Under the pieces are notes generated by a model. It was given only the letters and a program-made list of their open reading frames with translations, did not search any database and was not told the DNA's origin. The position numbers and the translations under genes are program-made. From IMG/VR virus record IMGVR_UViG_3300025256_000001: 26,544 nucleotides of DNA; one strand, written 5' to 3'. This document shows, in pieces, positions 6,865-15,048 of the stretch (position 1 is the first letter of the stretch; the number at the start of each line of letters is the position of its first letter). The DNA is from an uncultured virus (IMG/VR IMGVR_UViG_3300025256_000001) (Duplodnaviria > Heunggongvirae > Uroviricota > Caudoviricetes).

Positions 6865-7073
6865 TGGCCACGCAAGAGCAAACAGCACTTAGTCTGCGCG
6901 TTCGTGAGCGCGCCGACGCGGACGGCCTGCCGGCTGATCACGTTATGCGTGAGCTTGCAGTCCAGTTCGATGCCGCAGTCAAAGCAGAGCCGCCCGACGT
7001 CAAGAGATGGCTTGGCTGCTGGGCGCGGTTGCGCCGGACGTGGTGCGAATACTCGGGAGAATCGCTGCTGTGA
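6864..7073 (+). CDS. Hypothetical protein (69 aa)
   Basis: MATQEQTALS...WLGCWARLRRTWCEYSGESLL; stop/start overlaps at both ends. Confidence 0.65.
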   Translation: MATQEQTALSLRVRERADADGLPADHVMRELAVQFDAAVKAEPPDVKRWLGCWARLRRTWCEYSGESLL

Positions 7074-8209
7074 TCTGCCCGAAATGCAACTCAGCGAACG
7101 CCGTTCGCAACGGCACGGGCCGCTGCTACTGCCGCGACTGCGGCAAGTACGGTGTGGTCAAACCGGAGCGCACGCCGGAAGAAATCAGCGCCGCACACCT
7201 CGCGCGCCAAGGATGGGCGCCGGATCAAGACCTGGCCCACCCGCTGCCGGCCGGCCAGAAGCTTCGCGGCATGTCCACGCTGTACAAGGATGGCAAGGTC
7301 GCCATCCAGTGGGTGAAAACGAAGGAGGACGACGCCGAGCAAGCGGCGATCTTCCGCGCGGCATGCGAAGCGATGGCAGCAGACCTGCCTCAGGTTGCGC
7401 CGCGCGCGCCGCAGGGTGTCTACCGGAAGGACCTGATGGCGGTATACCCAATCGGCGACCCGCACGTCGGCATGTACGCGTGGAAGGACGAGACAGGCGA
7501 CAACTGGGACCTGGCGATCGCGGAGCGCGTGCATTGCGGCGCCATGGCCGAGCTGGTGCGGCGCTCGCCGCCGGCAAAGCACGCCGTCGTGCTGAACCTG
7601 GGCGATGCCTTGCATTACGACTCGCTTGCCGCGGTCACGCCCCGCAGTGGCCACAACCTCGATGCGGACGGCCGGTACGCCAAGATGGCCGCCGTCACGG
7701 TGAAGACTCTGCGCCAGTGCATTGAATCGGCGCTTGAAGTGCACGACACCGTGGAGGTGATCAACGTGCCAGGCAATCACGACGAGACCGGCGCGCTGTG
7801 GCTGTCGATTGTCTTCGCGCACATCTACGAAAACGAGCCGCGCGTGAAGGTCCACACAAGTCCAGCCCTGTTTCACTACGTGCGCTTCGGAAAAGTGCTC
7901 ATCGGCGCGCACCACGGCCACACGTGCAAGGCGGAAAAGCTGCCCGGCGTGATGGCTTGCGATCGCGCAAAGGACTGGGGTGAAACGGTGCATCGCCACT
8001 GGCTCACTGGCCATGTGCATCACGAATCGAAAAAGGAATATGCAGGCGTCACGGTGGAGAGCTTCAACACCCTGGCCGGCAAAGACGCGCACGCTACGAA
8101 TGGCGGATGGCGCTCCAATCAATCTATGACTTGCGTGGTGTACCACCGTGAGCGCGGCGAATGGGCGCGCTCGAAGGTGTTCGCCGATGCTTTCGAGGAA
8201 GCAGCGTAA
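7070..8209 (+). CDS. Calcineurin-like metallophosphoesterase with an N-terminal zinc ribbon
   Basis: CPKC...CRDC, then GDPH, NLGD, GNHD, HHGH, GHVH motifs; GTGA overlap start. Confidence 0.85.
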   Translation: MICPKCNSANAVRNGTGRCYCRDCGKYGVVKPERTPEEISAAHLARQGWAPDQDLAHPLPAGQKLRGMSTLYKDGKVAIQWVKTKEDDAEQAAIFRAACEAMAADLPQVAPRAPQGVYRKDLMAVYPIGDPHVGMYAWKDETGDNWDLAIAERVHCGAMAELVRRSPPAKHAVVLNLGDALHYDSLAAVTPRSGHNLDADGRYAKMAAVTVKTLRQCIESALEVHDTVEVINVPGNHDETGALWLSIVFAHIYENEPRVKVHTSPALFHYVRFGKVLIGAHHGHTCKAEKLPGVMACDRAKDWGETVHRHWLTGHVHHESKKEYAGVTVESFNTLAGKDAHATNGGWRSNQSMTCVVYHRERGEWARSKVFADAFEEAA

Positions 8210-8382
8210 TGCGCGATCACATCGACAACGCACACGGCGTTCTTGCGCTGTCTTTCATCACGGCGACGTTCGCCGGCTGGACGATCCAAGACTGGGCGGC
8301 GTGCGCTGCGCTCATCTATTCGTGCCTGCTCATCGCACGTTTTTGCTATCGAGGGATGAAATCATGGCGCTCCAGAGGGTAA
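8209..8382 (+). CDS. Putative holin (57 aa)
   Basis: Two hydrophobic segments and a basic C-terminus; immediately before the endolysin; TAATG overlap. Confidence 0.65.
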   Translation: MRDHIDNAHGVLALSFITATFAGWTIQDWAACAALIYSCLLIARFCYRGMKSWRSRG

Positions 8383-8837
8383 CGGCGGGCAGGGCCGCGG
8401 CTGTGATCACGCTCGCGCTCAGCCTGGCCGTGGTTTTCGAAGGCAACTCGCCCAAGGCGTACATGGATCGGCTGCCGGCCAATCCGACGCCGACCGCGTG
8501 CGCCGGTCACACTGGCCCTGACGTGCACGTCGGCGTGACCTACTCGCAAGCGCAGTGCGATGCCTGGGCGCGCGCGGATATGGCGACCGCGAATGCGACG
8601 GTACACCGGTGCATTCTCGCGCCGATGAAGCCATTTCAAGAGGCGGCATTGACCGATGCCGTCTACAACGTCGGCCCGGCCATCGTGTGCGGCTCGACGC
8701 TGCAAAGGTACGCCAACGCTGGCCAGTGGTCGGCTGCGTGCCAGCAACTCACCCGCTGGGTGTACGCGGGTGGGAAAGAACTGCCGGGCCTGTTGCGCCG
8801 TCGTCACGCCGAACGCGACATGTGCGAGGGACATTGA
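8364..8837 (+). CDS. GH24 lysozyme-type endolysin, probably SAR
   Basis: N-terminal Ala-rich hydrophobic segment, then FEG-x7-D, T-ACAGHTG, YNVG, RWVYAGGKELPGLLRRR. Confidence 0.9.
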   Translation: MALQRVTAGRAAAVITLALSLAVVFEGNSPKAYMDRLPANPTPTACAGHTGPDVHVGVTYSQAQCDAWARADMATANATVHRCILAPMKPFQEAALTDAVYNVGPAIVCGSTLQRYANAGQWSAACQQLTRWVYAGGKELPGLLRRRHAERDMCEGH

Positions 8838-8869
8838 GATGGGGACCACTCCCGCAATGTGCGCATGTC

Positions 8870-9043
8870 ATGACGACAACGAAACACAGGGTGGGTGACG
8901 TGCCTGGTCAATTGCAAATCAAACTCAAGTGGTGGGCCGCTGTGCTCGTGAAGGGTGTCGCGATGTATCGCCACCTGACCGGGTCGTACCGCGGCGCCGG
9001 CGTGCTGGCGTTCGTATTCGCAAAGGGGTTCAAGCAGTCATGA
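8870..9043 (+). CDS. Small basic/hydrophobic hypothetical protein
   Basis: Fills the gap after the endolysin; ATGA overlap with the next gene; start uncertain. Confidence 0.4.
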   Translation: MTTTKHRVGDVPGQLQIKLKWWAAVLVKGVAMYRHLTGSYRGAGVLAFVFAKGFKQS

Positions 9044-9222
9044 CCATCGTCCTGCATTGGTGGATTTTTCCGGTGCTGTTTGCTCTGGTCGGCAGCGCAC
9101 TCATGTTGTACGCGCGCTTCAGCGAAAGGTGCCAAGGATTCCTTGGCGGCCTGTTCGAAGCGCTGGGCGGCTTTGTTCTGGTACTGCTTGCGGCTGCGAT
9201 CTGCCTGGGACATTACCTATGA
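9040..9222 (+). CDS. Small two-TM membrane protein
   Basis: MTIVLHWWIFPVLFALVGSALMLY...GGFVLVLLAAAICLG; ATGA overlaps at both ends. Confidence 0.65.
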   Translation: MTIVLHWWIFPVLFALVGSALMLYARFSERCQGFLGGLFEALGGFVLVLLAAAICLGHYL

Positions 9223-9710
9223 CCGCCTACGTCAAGGTTGCAATAGCGCTTGCGCTATTCGCGCTGGGGTTCGCCGCTGGCCATCATGTCGCCGCGCAAG
9301 CGGGCGCCATCAAGCTGGCCGCCGTAACCGCGGCGAACGCGCAGAACGCGCAGCACGTTGCCGAACTTGCCGAGAAGGCGTCGGAGCAGGCGCGCGCCGC
9401 TGAGCATGCGCAAGCGGCCGGAATCGCTGCCATCGACTCACAACACGAACAGGACATGCAACATGCGAAAGCAAATGCTGAGCGCACTATCGCTGGCCTT
9501 CGCGCTGGCACTATCCGGCTGCGTGAGGAATGGAGCTGTACGCCCGTCCTCGCCGCCGAAGTGTCCCGCTCCGCAAGCGGTGCCGGCGGACCTGATGCAG
9601 CCGCCCAACTTCGGGCAGAAGGCGCGGGTCATCTTATTGGCAACGCCGACGAAGCAGACGCCGAAATAAAGGCGCTCCAGGCCATCCTGCGCCAGGAGCG
9701 TGGCCAGTGA
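9219..9710 (+). CDS. i-spanin (Rz-like)
   Basis: N-terminal TM, Ala-rich coiled coil, LRAGTIRLR, ADEADAEIKALQ. Confidence 0.85.
   Translation: MTAYVKVAIALALFALGFAAGHHVAAQAGAIKLAAVTAANAQNAQHVAELAEKASEQARAAEHAQAAGIAAIDSQHEQDMQHAKANAERTIAGLRAGTIRLREEWSCTPVLAAEVSRSASGAGGPDAAAQLRAEGAGHLIGNADEADAEIKALQAILRQERGQ
9463..9669 (+). CDS. o-spanin (Rz1-like) lipoprotein embedded in Rz, +1 frame
   Basis: MRKQMLSALSLAFALALSGC lipobox, Pro-rich body, AGGA RBS. Confidence 0.85.
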   Translation: MRKQMLSALSLAFALALSGCVRNGAVRPSSPPKCPAPQAVPADLMQPPNFGQKARVILLATPTKQTPK

Positions 9711-9925
9711 TTCACCGCATCAAGAACGCGTGGCGGGCGCTGTGCGGCGCCACTGTGTTGCCGCTGGACATGCCGCACATCCTGGTGCACGACGACGGCG
9801 ATAGCTCGTGCGTCGTCTGGCGCAACGTCAACGGTGCGGACGTCGCCGATGTGCTCACCAATGCCGCCGGCATGGTGGCGCGGCAGCACCCCCCGATCAC
9901 TCACCTGAAGCCAACCATTCATTGA
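9707..9925 (+). CDS. Hypothetical protein (72 aa)
   Basis: GGAG RBS; GTGA overlap with Rz. Confidence 0.6.
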   Translation: MIHRIKNAWRALCGATVLPLDMPHILVHDDGDSSCVVWRNVNGADVADVLTNAAGMVARQHPPITHLKPTIH

Positions 9926-9944
9926 GCAAGTACGGCTTGCAGTC

Positions 9945-10265
9945 ATGGCTGACAAGATAGACACCAGCAAGCACGCCAACAAGGCGTCGTGGGGCAAGGG
10001 TCGTTCCGGCAATCCGGGCGGCCGATCCCCGCGCATCGGGCCGAATGGCGAAACGGCCGCGCAGCTTGCGCGCACGCATACGGCCGCAGCAATCGACACC
10101 CTTGCAGAGGTGAACGGGAACAAGAAGGCGCCACCCATAGCGCGCGTCGCTGCAGCCAATGCGTTGCTTGACCGGGGTTGGGGTCGGCCGAAGGAAGTCG
10201 AGGACAACGAGAAGCCCGACATGACGAAACTGCTGTCCGATTTGATCGCCAAGTTGCCTGGATGA
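9945..10265 (+). CDS. Terminase small subunit (DUF5681-like)
   Basis: WGKGRSGNPGGR and AANALLDRGWGRP; directly before terL. Confidence 0.75.
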   Translation: MADKIDTSKHANKASWGKGRSGNPGGRSPRIGPNGETAAQLARTHTAAAIDTLAEVNGNKKAPPIARVAAANALLDRGWGRPKEVEDNEKPDMTKLLSDLIAKLPG

Positions 10266-11587
10266 CAACGGGGAATTTGCTGCTCGACCGCCAGCTATCG
10301 CGCTGGTACCCGCTGAAAGATCACCCGGTGCAGCTTGCGCTTGTGCGCGCTGTGCATGACGGCATCAGGTTCCCGCTCGTGCCGGCCGGGAGACGCAGCG
10401 GCAAGACCGAGCGGTTTAAGCGCTTCGTCGTCAAGCAGGCGAATGCGGTCGTTGGCCAATATTTCGCGGCGGCTCCGACCTACGGACAGGCAAAGAAAAT
10501 TTTTTGGGATGACCTCAAAGCGTTCACTCTGTCGTGCACGCATGAGAGGCGGCCGTCTGAGTCGGACTTGATCATCTTTCTGCCCAACGGCAGCGAGATT
10601 CACGTGATCGGTTTGGACAAGCCTGAGCGTATTGAGGGCATACCGTGGAAAGGCGGCGGTATCGACGAGTTTGCCGACGTGAAGCCGGACGCCTGGGAGG
10701 CAAACATCCTGCCGGCACTGAACACGGTCAACCCACTTGACCCGGATTACCGCGCCTGGTGCTGGCTTCTAGGCGTGCCCGATGGCCTGAACCATTACTA
10801 CGACCTTTGCCAAAAGGCAGAGACGGGCGCCGACCCGAATTTTAAGGTTTTTCACTGGAAATCGGCTGAAATTCTGCCGAAAGACGTCATGGACGCCATG
10901 CGCGCCGCAATGTCGAACAAGCAGTTCAAGCAAGAGTTTGAAGCGAGCTTCGAGACTGCAAGCGGTCGCATTTACGAAGACTACGGCAAGCACAACTACA
11001 CGGATGCGGTGATTCTTCCGCATGAGCAGTTGATGTGGATGCACGACCAGAATTACACGCCGTTGTCGTCGGCAATTGGTGTGCGCCGCAACGAAAACAA
11101 AGACCTGTACTTGCTCGACGAGATTGTGCTAACCAGTGCCGTGTCAAAGCAGGCTGCTGTCGAGTTCGTCGAGAAGTTCAAGGCGCACAAAAACAAACAC
11201 GTTCTGATATACGGCGATCCGGCCGGCAAGGCCGGCGAGAAGCACGGTCACGCGTCCGACTACACGGACATAGAAGGCGTGTTGAAGGCGAATGGCTGGA
11301 CGTACACGCGCAAGGTGAAGCTTGCGCACCCGGCCATTAAGGACCGCCAGAACGCCGTGCGCACGAAAATTCTTACTGCCACCGGCGTGACAAGCCTGTA
11401 CGTCAACACGGTGACTGCTCCGTGGTGCCACAAGGGACTTAGCACCGTGCAGCTGAAAGAGGGCTCGACGTTCCAGGAGGATCAGTCGAATCAATACCAG
11501 CACATCACAACCGCCATAGGCTACTGCGTTGACGTGGAGTGGCCTGTCATCAAGCGGATAGCCGAAGTCACCCCGCTGAGAATCTAA
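10262..11587 (+). CDS. terL: Terminase large subunit
   Basis: AGRRSGKT Walker A, APTYGQAK, IDEFAD Walker B, FKQEFEASF, YGDPAG. Confidence 0.92.
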   Translation: MTTGNLLLDRQLSRWYPLKDHPVQLALVRAVHDGIRFPLVPAGRRSGKTERFKRFVVKQANAVVGQYFAAAPTYGQAKKIFWDDLKAFTLSCTHERRPSESDLIIFLPNGSEIHVIGLDKPERIEGIPWKGGGIDEFADVKPDAWEANILPALNTVNPLDPDYRAWCWLLGVPDGLNHYYDLCQKAETGADPNFKVFHWKSAEILPKDVMDAMRAAMSNKQFKQEFEASFETASGRIYEDYGKHNYTDAVILPHEQLMWMHDQNYTPLSSAIGVRRNENKDLYLLDEIVLTSAVSKQAAVEFVEKFKAHKNKHVLIYGDPAGKAGEKHGHASDYTDIEGVLKANGWTYTRKVKLAHPAIKDRQNAVRTKILTATGVTSLYVNTVTAPWCHKGLSTVQLKEGSTFQEDQSNQYQHITTAIGYCVDVEWPVIKRIAEVTPLRI

Positions 11588-11589
11588 CT

Positions 11590-13008
11590 ATGCCGCTGCA
11601 GGTAAACGAGCGCTGCCGAGAAATCGACGAGCTGCACATTGAATGGCTGATGATCGAAGGCCTGATGGCTGGGACGCGGCGCATGCGGTTCGATCGTCAC
11701 CGGTACATGCCGAAGTGGCCGGGGGAGACGGAAGAAGCGTATAAGGCGCGCCTGGACACTGCCACGCTGTTCCCTGCCTACCGCCGAACGGTCGGCGTCA
11801 TGTCGGGCAAGCCGTTCGCCAAGCCGCTGCAGGTCAAAGATGCCGCGCCGGATATTACCGAATGGCTGGACGATATCGACTTGCAAGGCGTCAGCCTGCA
11901 CAGCTTCGCGGCCGAGATGTTCCATGAGGCCATCGCGTATGGGCTGTGTGGCATCCTGATCGATTATCCGACCATTGACGGGCCGATGCCGACCGCTGCG
12001 CAGATGAAGGCGAACAAGATTCGCCCGTATTGGGTGCGCGTGAAGCACAATCAAATTCTCGGGTGGCAAGCAGACCGCGTGAACGGCGCCGTACAACTGA
12101 CGCAGTTGCGCATTCTGGAGGACTACACCGAAGACGATGGCCCGTTCGGTCGCATTTCCAAGCAGCAGGTGCGCGTGTTGACGCCGGGCGGCTGGGAAAT
12201 CTTCCGTGACCTGGATGGCAAGGGCGGCCCGATGCAGTCGTGGGCGAAAGGTACAACCACGCTTCCCATCATTCCTTTTGTGCCGATCTACGGCGTACGC
12301 GATGGGTACATGATCGGACGTCCGCCGATGCTCGATCTTGCTTACCTGAACATCAAGCACTGGCAGAGCCAGAGCGATCAAGACACGATTTTGCACGTGG
12401 CTCGCGTGCCCATCCTGGCCATGATAGGCGCCGATGATCAAACGCAGCTGACAGTAGGCGGCTCGTCGGCGGTGAAATTGCCAATGGGCGCGGAGATGAA
12501 GTTCGTGGAGCACAGCGGCCACGCCATCGCCGCCGGCGAAACTTCCTTGCAGAGCCTTGAGCAGCAGATGGTGCAGACGGGCGCCGAGTTGCTCATCCAG
12601 AAGCCAGGCCAGCGCACCGCTACAGAATCGTCCAATGATGCCGAAGCCAACAAGTCGGACTTGCAGCGCATGGCGGAAAACTTTGCTGACGCTCTCGACC
12701 TGGCGTTGGCCTTCACTGGACAGTGGGTAAAGCAGGCGAAGACCGGCGAGGTCGTTCTGTTCGATGACTACGGCGCGGCTACGATGGGCGAAGCAAGCGC
12801 AGCGTTGATGAAGGACCTGCACCTGTCTGGGATTATCAGCGGGCCAACTGCCATCAGCGAATTGCAGCGCCGCGGAGTGCTGTCCGACAGCATCGACCCC
12901 GAATCGGAATACGAAATTGCCAGGTCGGAAGTGCCGGCGACGCCGCTCGAAAAACCCGCAGAAATGTCTGGTAGCGCTGACTTGACTGTGCCCGCCAATG
13001 CAGGCTAA
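11590..13008 (+). CDS. Portal protein (DUF4055 type)
   Basis: YMPKWPGETEEAYKARL, PPMLDLAYLNIKHWQSQSD, TATE; follows terL. Confidence 0.88.
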   Translation: MPLQVNERCREIDELHIEWLMIEGLMAGTRRMRFDRHRYMPKWPGETEEAYKARLDTATLFPAYRRTVGVMSGKPFAKPLQVKDAAPDITEWLDDIDLQGVSLHSFAAEMFHEAIAYGLCGILIDYPTIDGPMPTAAQMKANKIRPYWVRVKHNQILGWQADRVNGAVQLTQLRILEDYTEDDGPFGRISKQQVRVLTPGGWEIFRDLDGKGGPMQSWAKGTTTLPIIPFVPIYGVRDGYMIGRPPMLDLAYLNIKHWQSQSDQDTILHVARVPILAMIGADDQTQLTVGGSSAVKLPMGAEMKFVEHSGHAIAAGETSLQSLEQQMVQTGAELLIQKPGQRTATESSNDAEANKSDLQRMAENFADALDLALAFTGQWVKQAKTGEVVLFDDYGAATMGEASAALMKDLHLSGIISGPTAISELQRRGVLSDSIDPESEYEIARSEVPATPLEKPAEMSGSADLTVPANAG

Positions 13009-14089
13009 CGCACTACTGCAGGACAAGGCGATCGATTACGCCCACGACTTCCATGCGTATTCGCAGGGAGTCGCGCAGCGCATGATCGCGGTGCTGAATC
13101 GCACCGATGCGCGCCTGACCGCGCAGCTTGCCGAAGCGCTGATGCAGATCGATGCGCAGACCTTCACGGTCGAACGGCTGGAAGTTCTGCTCGCGTCCGT
13201 GAAGGCGCTCAACGTCCAGGCGTATAACGCGGTGATGGCCGAGCTGCCGCCGAACATGCGCGACCTGGCGAGGGTCGAGACGGCGAACAACGTGGCGCAG
13301 CTACGCGCAGCAGTGCCTGGCGAGATTGCCTTGCGCTTCCCTATCGCGGGCGTAAGCGCGGAACAGGTGTATGCGACGGCGCTGTCGCGGCCGTTTCAAG
13401 GTCGTTTGCTCAAGGACTGGGCGGCAAACGTTGAGCAATCGCGCATGACGTTGATCCGCAACACCGTGCGCGCCGGCTTTGTCGAAGGGCGGACGACGGC
13501 CGACATTATCAAACGGGTGCGTGGCTCAAAGGCACTGAATTTTCGCGACGGCGTCCTGCAGCGCGGCCGGTCGGAACTGGCGGCGGTCGTGCAAACGGCG
13601 CTGAGCCACACCGCGCAGACCGCGCGCCAGGCGAGCTACAAGGCGAATGCTGACCTGGTGAAAGCGCTGTCTTGGGTCTCGACGTTGGACACCAAGACAA
13701 GCCCGATGTGCCGCGTACGCGACGGGTTGAGATACACGGCGGACACGCATAAGCCGATCGGTCATGCGATACCGTGGGGTGGCGGCCCGGGCGCGCTGCA
13801 CTTCAATTGCCGCAGCGTGTCGGTGCCGGTCCTGAAGTCGTGGAAGGAACTGGGCATAAACGCGGATGAGATTTCGCCGGGCACACGCGCGAGCATGGAC
13901 GGCCAAGTGCCCGCGGAGCAGACCTATGCGGAATGGTTTGCCAAGCAGTCCGCGGGCCGTCAGGACGAAATCCTGGGGCCGGCGCGCGCCGCGCTATACC
14001 GCGGTGGCAAGGTGTCATTCGGCCAGATGTATTCGCCAAACGGGCGGTTCCTGACCCTCGATCAGCTGGCCAAAAAGGTGGGCGCTTGA
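12998..14089 (+). CDS. Minor head / head morphogenesis protein (SPP1 gp7 / Mu F-like)
   Basis: WVSTLDTKTSPMCRVRDG and LHFNCRS motifs. Confidence 0.88.
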   Translation: MQANALLQDKAIDYAHDFHAYSQGVAQRMIAVLNRTDARLTAQLAEALMQIDAQTFTVERLEVLLASVKALNVQAYNAVMAELPPNMRDLARVETANNVAQLRAAVPGEIALRFPIAGVSAEQVYATALSRPFQGRLLKDWAANVEQSRMTLIRNTVRAGFVEGRTTADIIKRVRGSKALNFRDGVLQRGRSELAAVVQTALSHTAQTARQASYKANADLVKALSWVSTLDTKTSPMCRVRDGLRYTADTHKPIGHAIPWGGGPGALHFNCRSVSVPVLKSWKELGINADEISPGTRASMDGQVPAEQTYAEWFAKQSAGRQDEILGPARAALYRGGKVSFGQMYSPNGRFLTLDQLAKKVGA

Positions 14090-14113
14090 CAACGTTTTGC
14101 TCCGTGTGACGAT
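14086..14113 (+). promoter_or_regulatory. Second copy of the late-promoter motif
   Basis: TTGACAACGTTTTGC..., 16-bp spacer, GACGAT; 14 of the first 15 nt match 6424-6438. Confidence 0.6.
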
Positions 14114-14121
14114 TGATCACG

Positions 14122-14331
14122 ATGGGAAAATTTCGCGTTATCGACGGAACGCCAGCGCCGGACACCCCGGCTGAACGCGTGCGCGCGAAAGCCCGGAAGA
14201 TTCGTCACAGGCACATTCCGTCCTGCACCAGCTGCGGAGGTAGCGAGTATGTGACCGCACGCGTTGACCGCACGCAATCGAAGCTGTGCCTTGTTTGCCT
14301 GATGGAAGGGCGCAGACGCGAGATGAGCTAA
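14122..14331 (+). CDS. Small C4 zinc-finger protein
   Basis: FRVIDGTPAPDTPAERVR...CTSC...CLVC; 69 aa. Confidence 0.7.
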   Translation: MGKFRVIDGTPAPDTPAERVRAKARKIRHRHIPSCTSCGGSEYVTARVDRTQSKLCLVCLMEGRRREMS

Positions 14332-14371
14332 ACCAACTGCCGAGCAATCCTCTGCAGTTAAAGCAAACACC

Positions 14372-14400
14372 AAGCCCCGCAATGCGGGGCTTTTTCTTTG
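14372..14400 (+). terminator. Intrinsic terminator
   Basis: AAGCCCCGC-AAT-GCGGGGCTT-TTTCTTT. Confidence 0.8.
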
Positions 14401-14436
14401 GGCCAATGGCCTGCAACCTGTCCGAGGGACGTGACC

Positions 14437-15042
14437 GTGAGCGAAATCGACACCAATTCCACCGAGTTCAAAGAGGCCGTTGCCGCAGCCGTTGAGGAAG
14501 CAACCGCCGGCCTGAAGAACAAGAACACGGAGCTGCTAGGCAAGCTCAAGAAATTGCAGGGTGCGCAGCAGATCGATCCGGCGGACCTGCAGGCGGTGGA
14601 AGCCGAACGCGACCAGCTGAAAACGCAGCTTGCTGATGCCAACAAGGCATTGAAGAAGGCCGGCGTGGAACTGGAAGCGGCCACCAAGCGCGCCACCGAC
14701 ACCGAGTCGGCCTACAACCGCTCGATTGTGGATTCGGCGTTGACCGAGGCGCTGACCAAGGCGGGCGTTACCAACCCCGTGCACATCAAGGCGGCCAAGG
14801 CGATGCACGCCACGGCGGCCATGGTGAGCGTGGAGGGCGATGTGCGCACCGTGAAGGCCGGCGACAAGGCGCTGGGCGATTTCATCGCGGAATGGGCATC
14901 CAGTGACGAAGGCAAGCACTTCGTCACGCCCCAGCATGCCAGCGGCGGCGGTGCAGGCGGTAGCGCACCGGGCGGCGGTGGTAGCAGCGAAAACCTTACG
15001 CAGCAGGCCATACGCCTGCGAGCCCAACACAACCAGAGGTAA
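14437..15042 (+). CDS. Capsid scaffolding protein
   Basis: Coiled coil GLKNKNTELLGKLKK and Gly-rich tail; GAGGGA RBS before GTG; precedes the capsid gene. Confidence 0.8.
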   Translation: MSEIDTNSTEFKEAVAAAVEEATAGLKNKNTELLGKLKKLQGAQQIDPADLQAVEAERDQLKTQLADANKALKKAGVELEAATKRATDTESAYNRSIVDSALTEALTKAGVTNPVHIKAAKAMHATAAMVSVEGDVRTVKAGDKALGDFIAEWASSDEGKHFVTPQHASGGGAGGSAPGGGGSSENLTQQAIRLRAQHNQR

Positions 15043-15048
15043 GAAAGC

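Noticed and set aside
7070..7150. IS1 InsA-like transposase fragment
   Set aside because: The zinc ribbon is fused in frame to the phosphoesterase; no InsB or terminal repeats.
8148..8363. Long N-terminal extensions in the ORF track (endolysin; also Rz, terL, L, K, tape measure)
   Set aside because: They overlap upstream genes; downstream starts with an RBS or stop/start overlap fit the known domain boundaries.
11584..13026. 480-aa minus-strand ORF, and similar ones at 2002-3003, 3421-4266, 7091-8233 and 14536-15891
   Set aside because: In-phase shadows of GC-rich + strand genes, with unnatural composition and no recognisable motifs.
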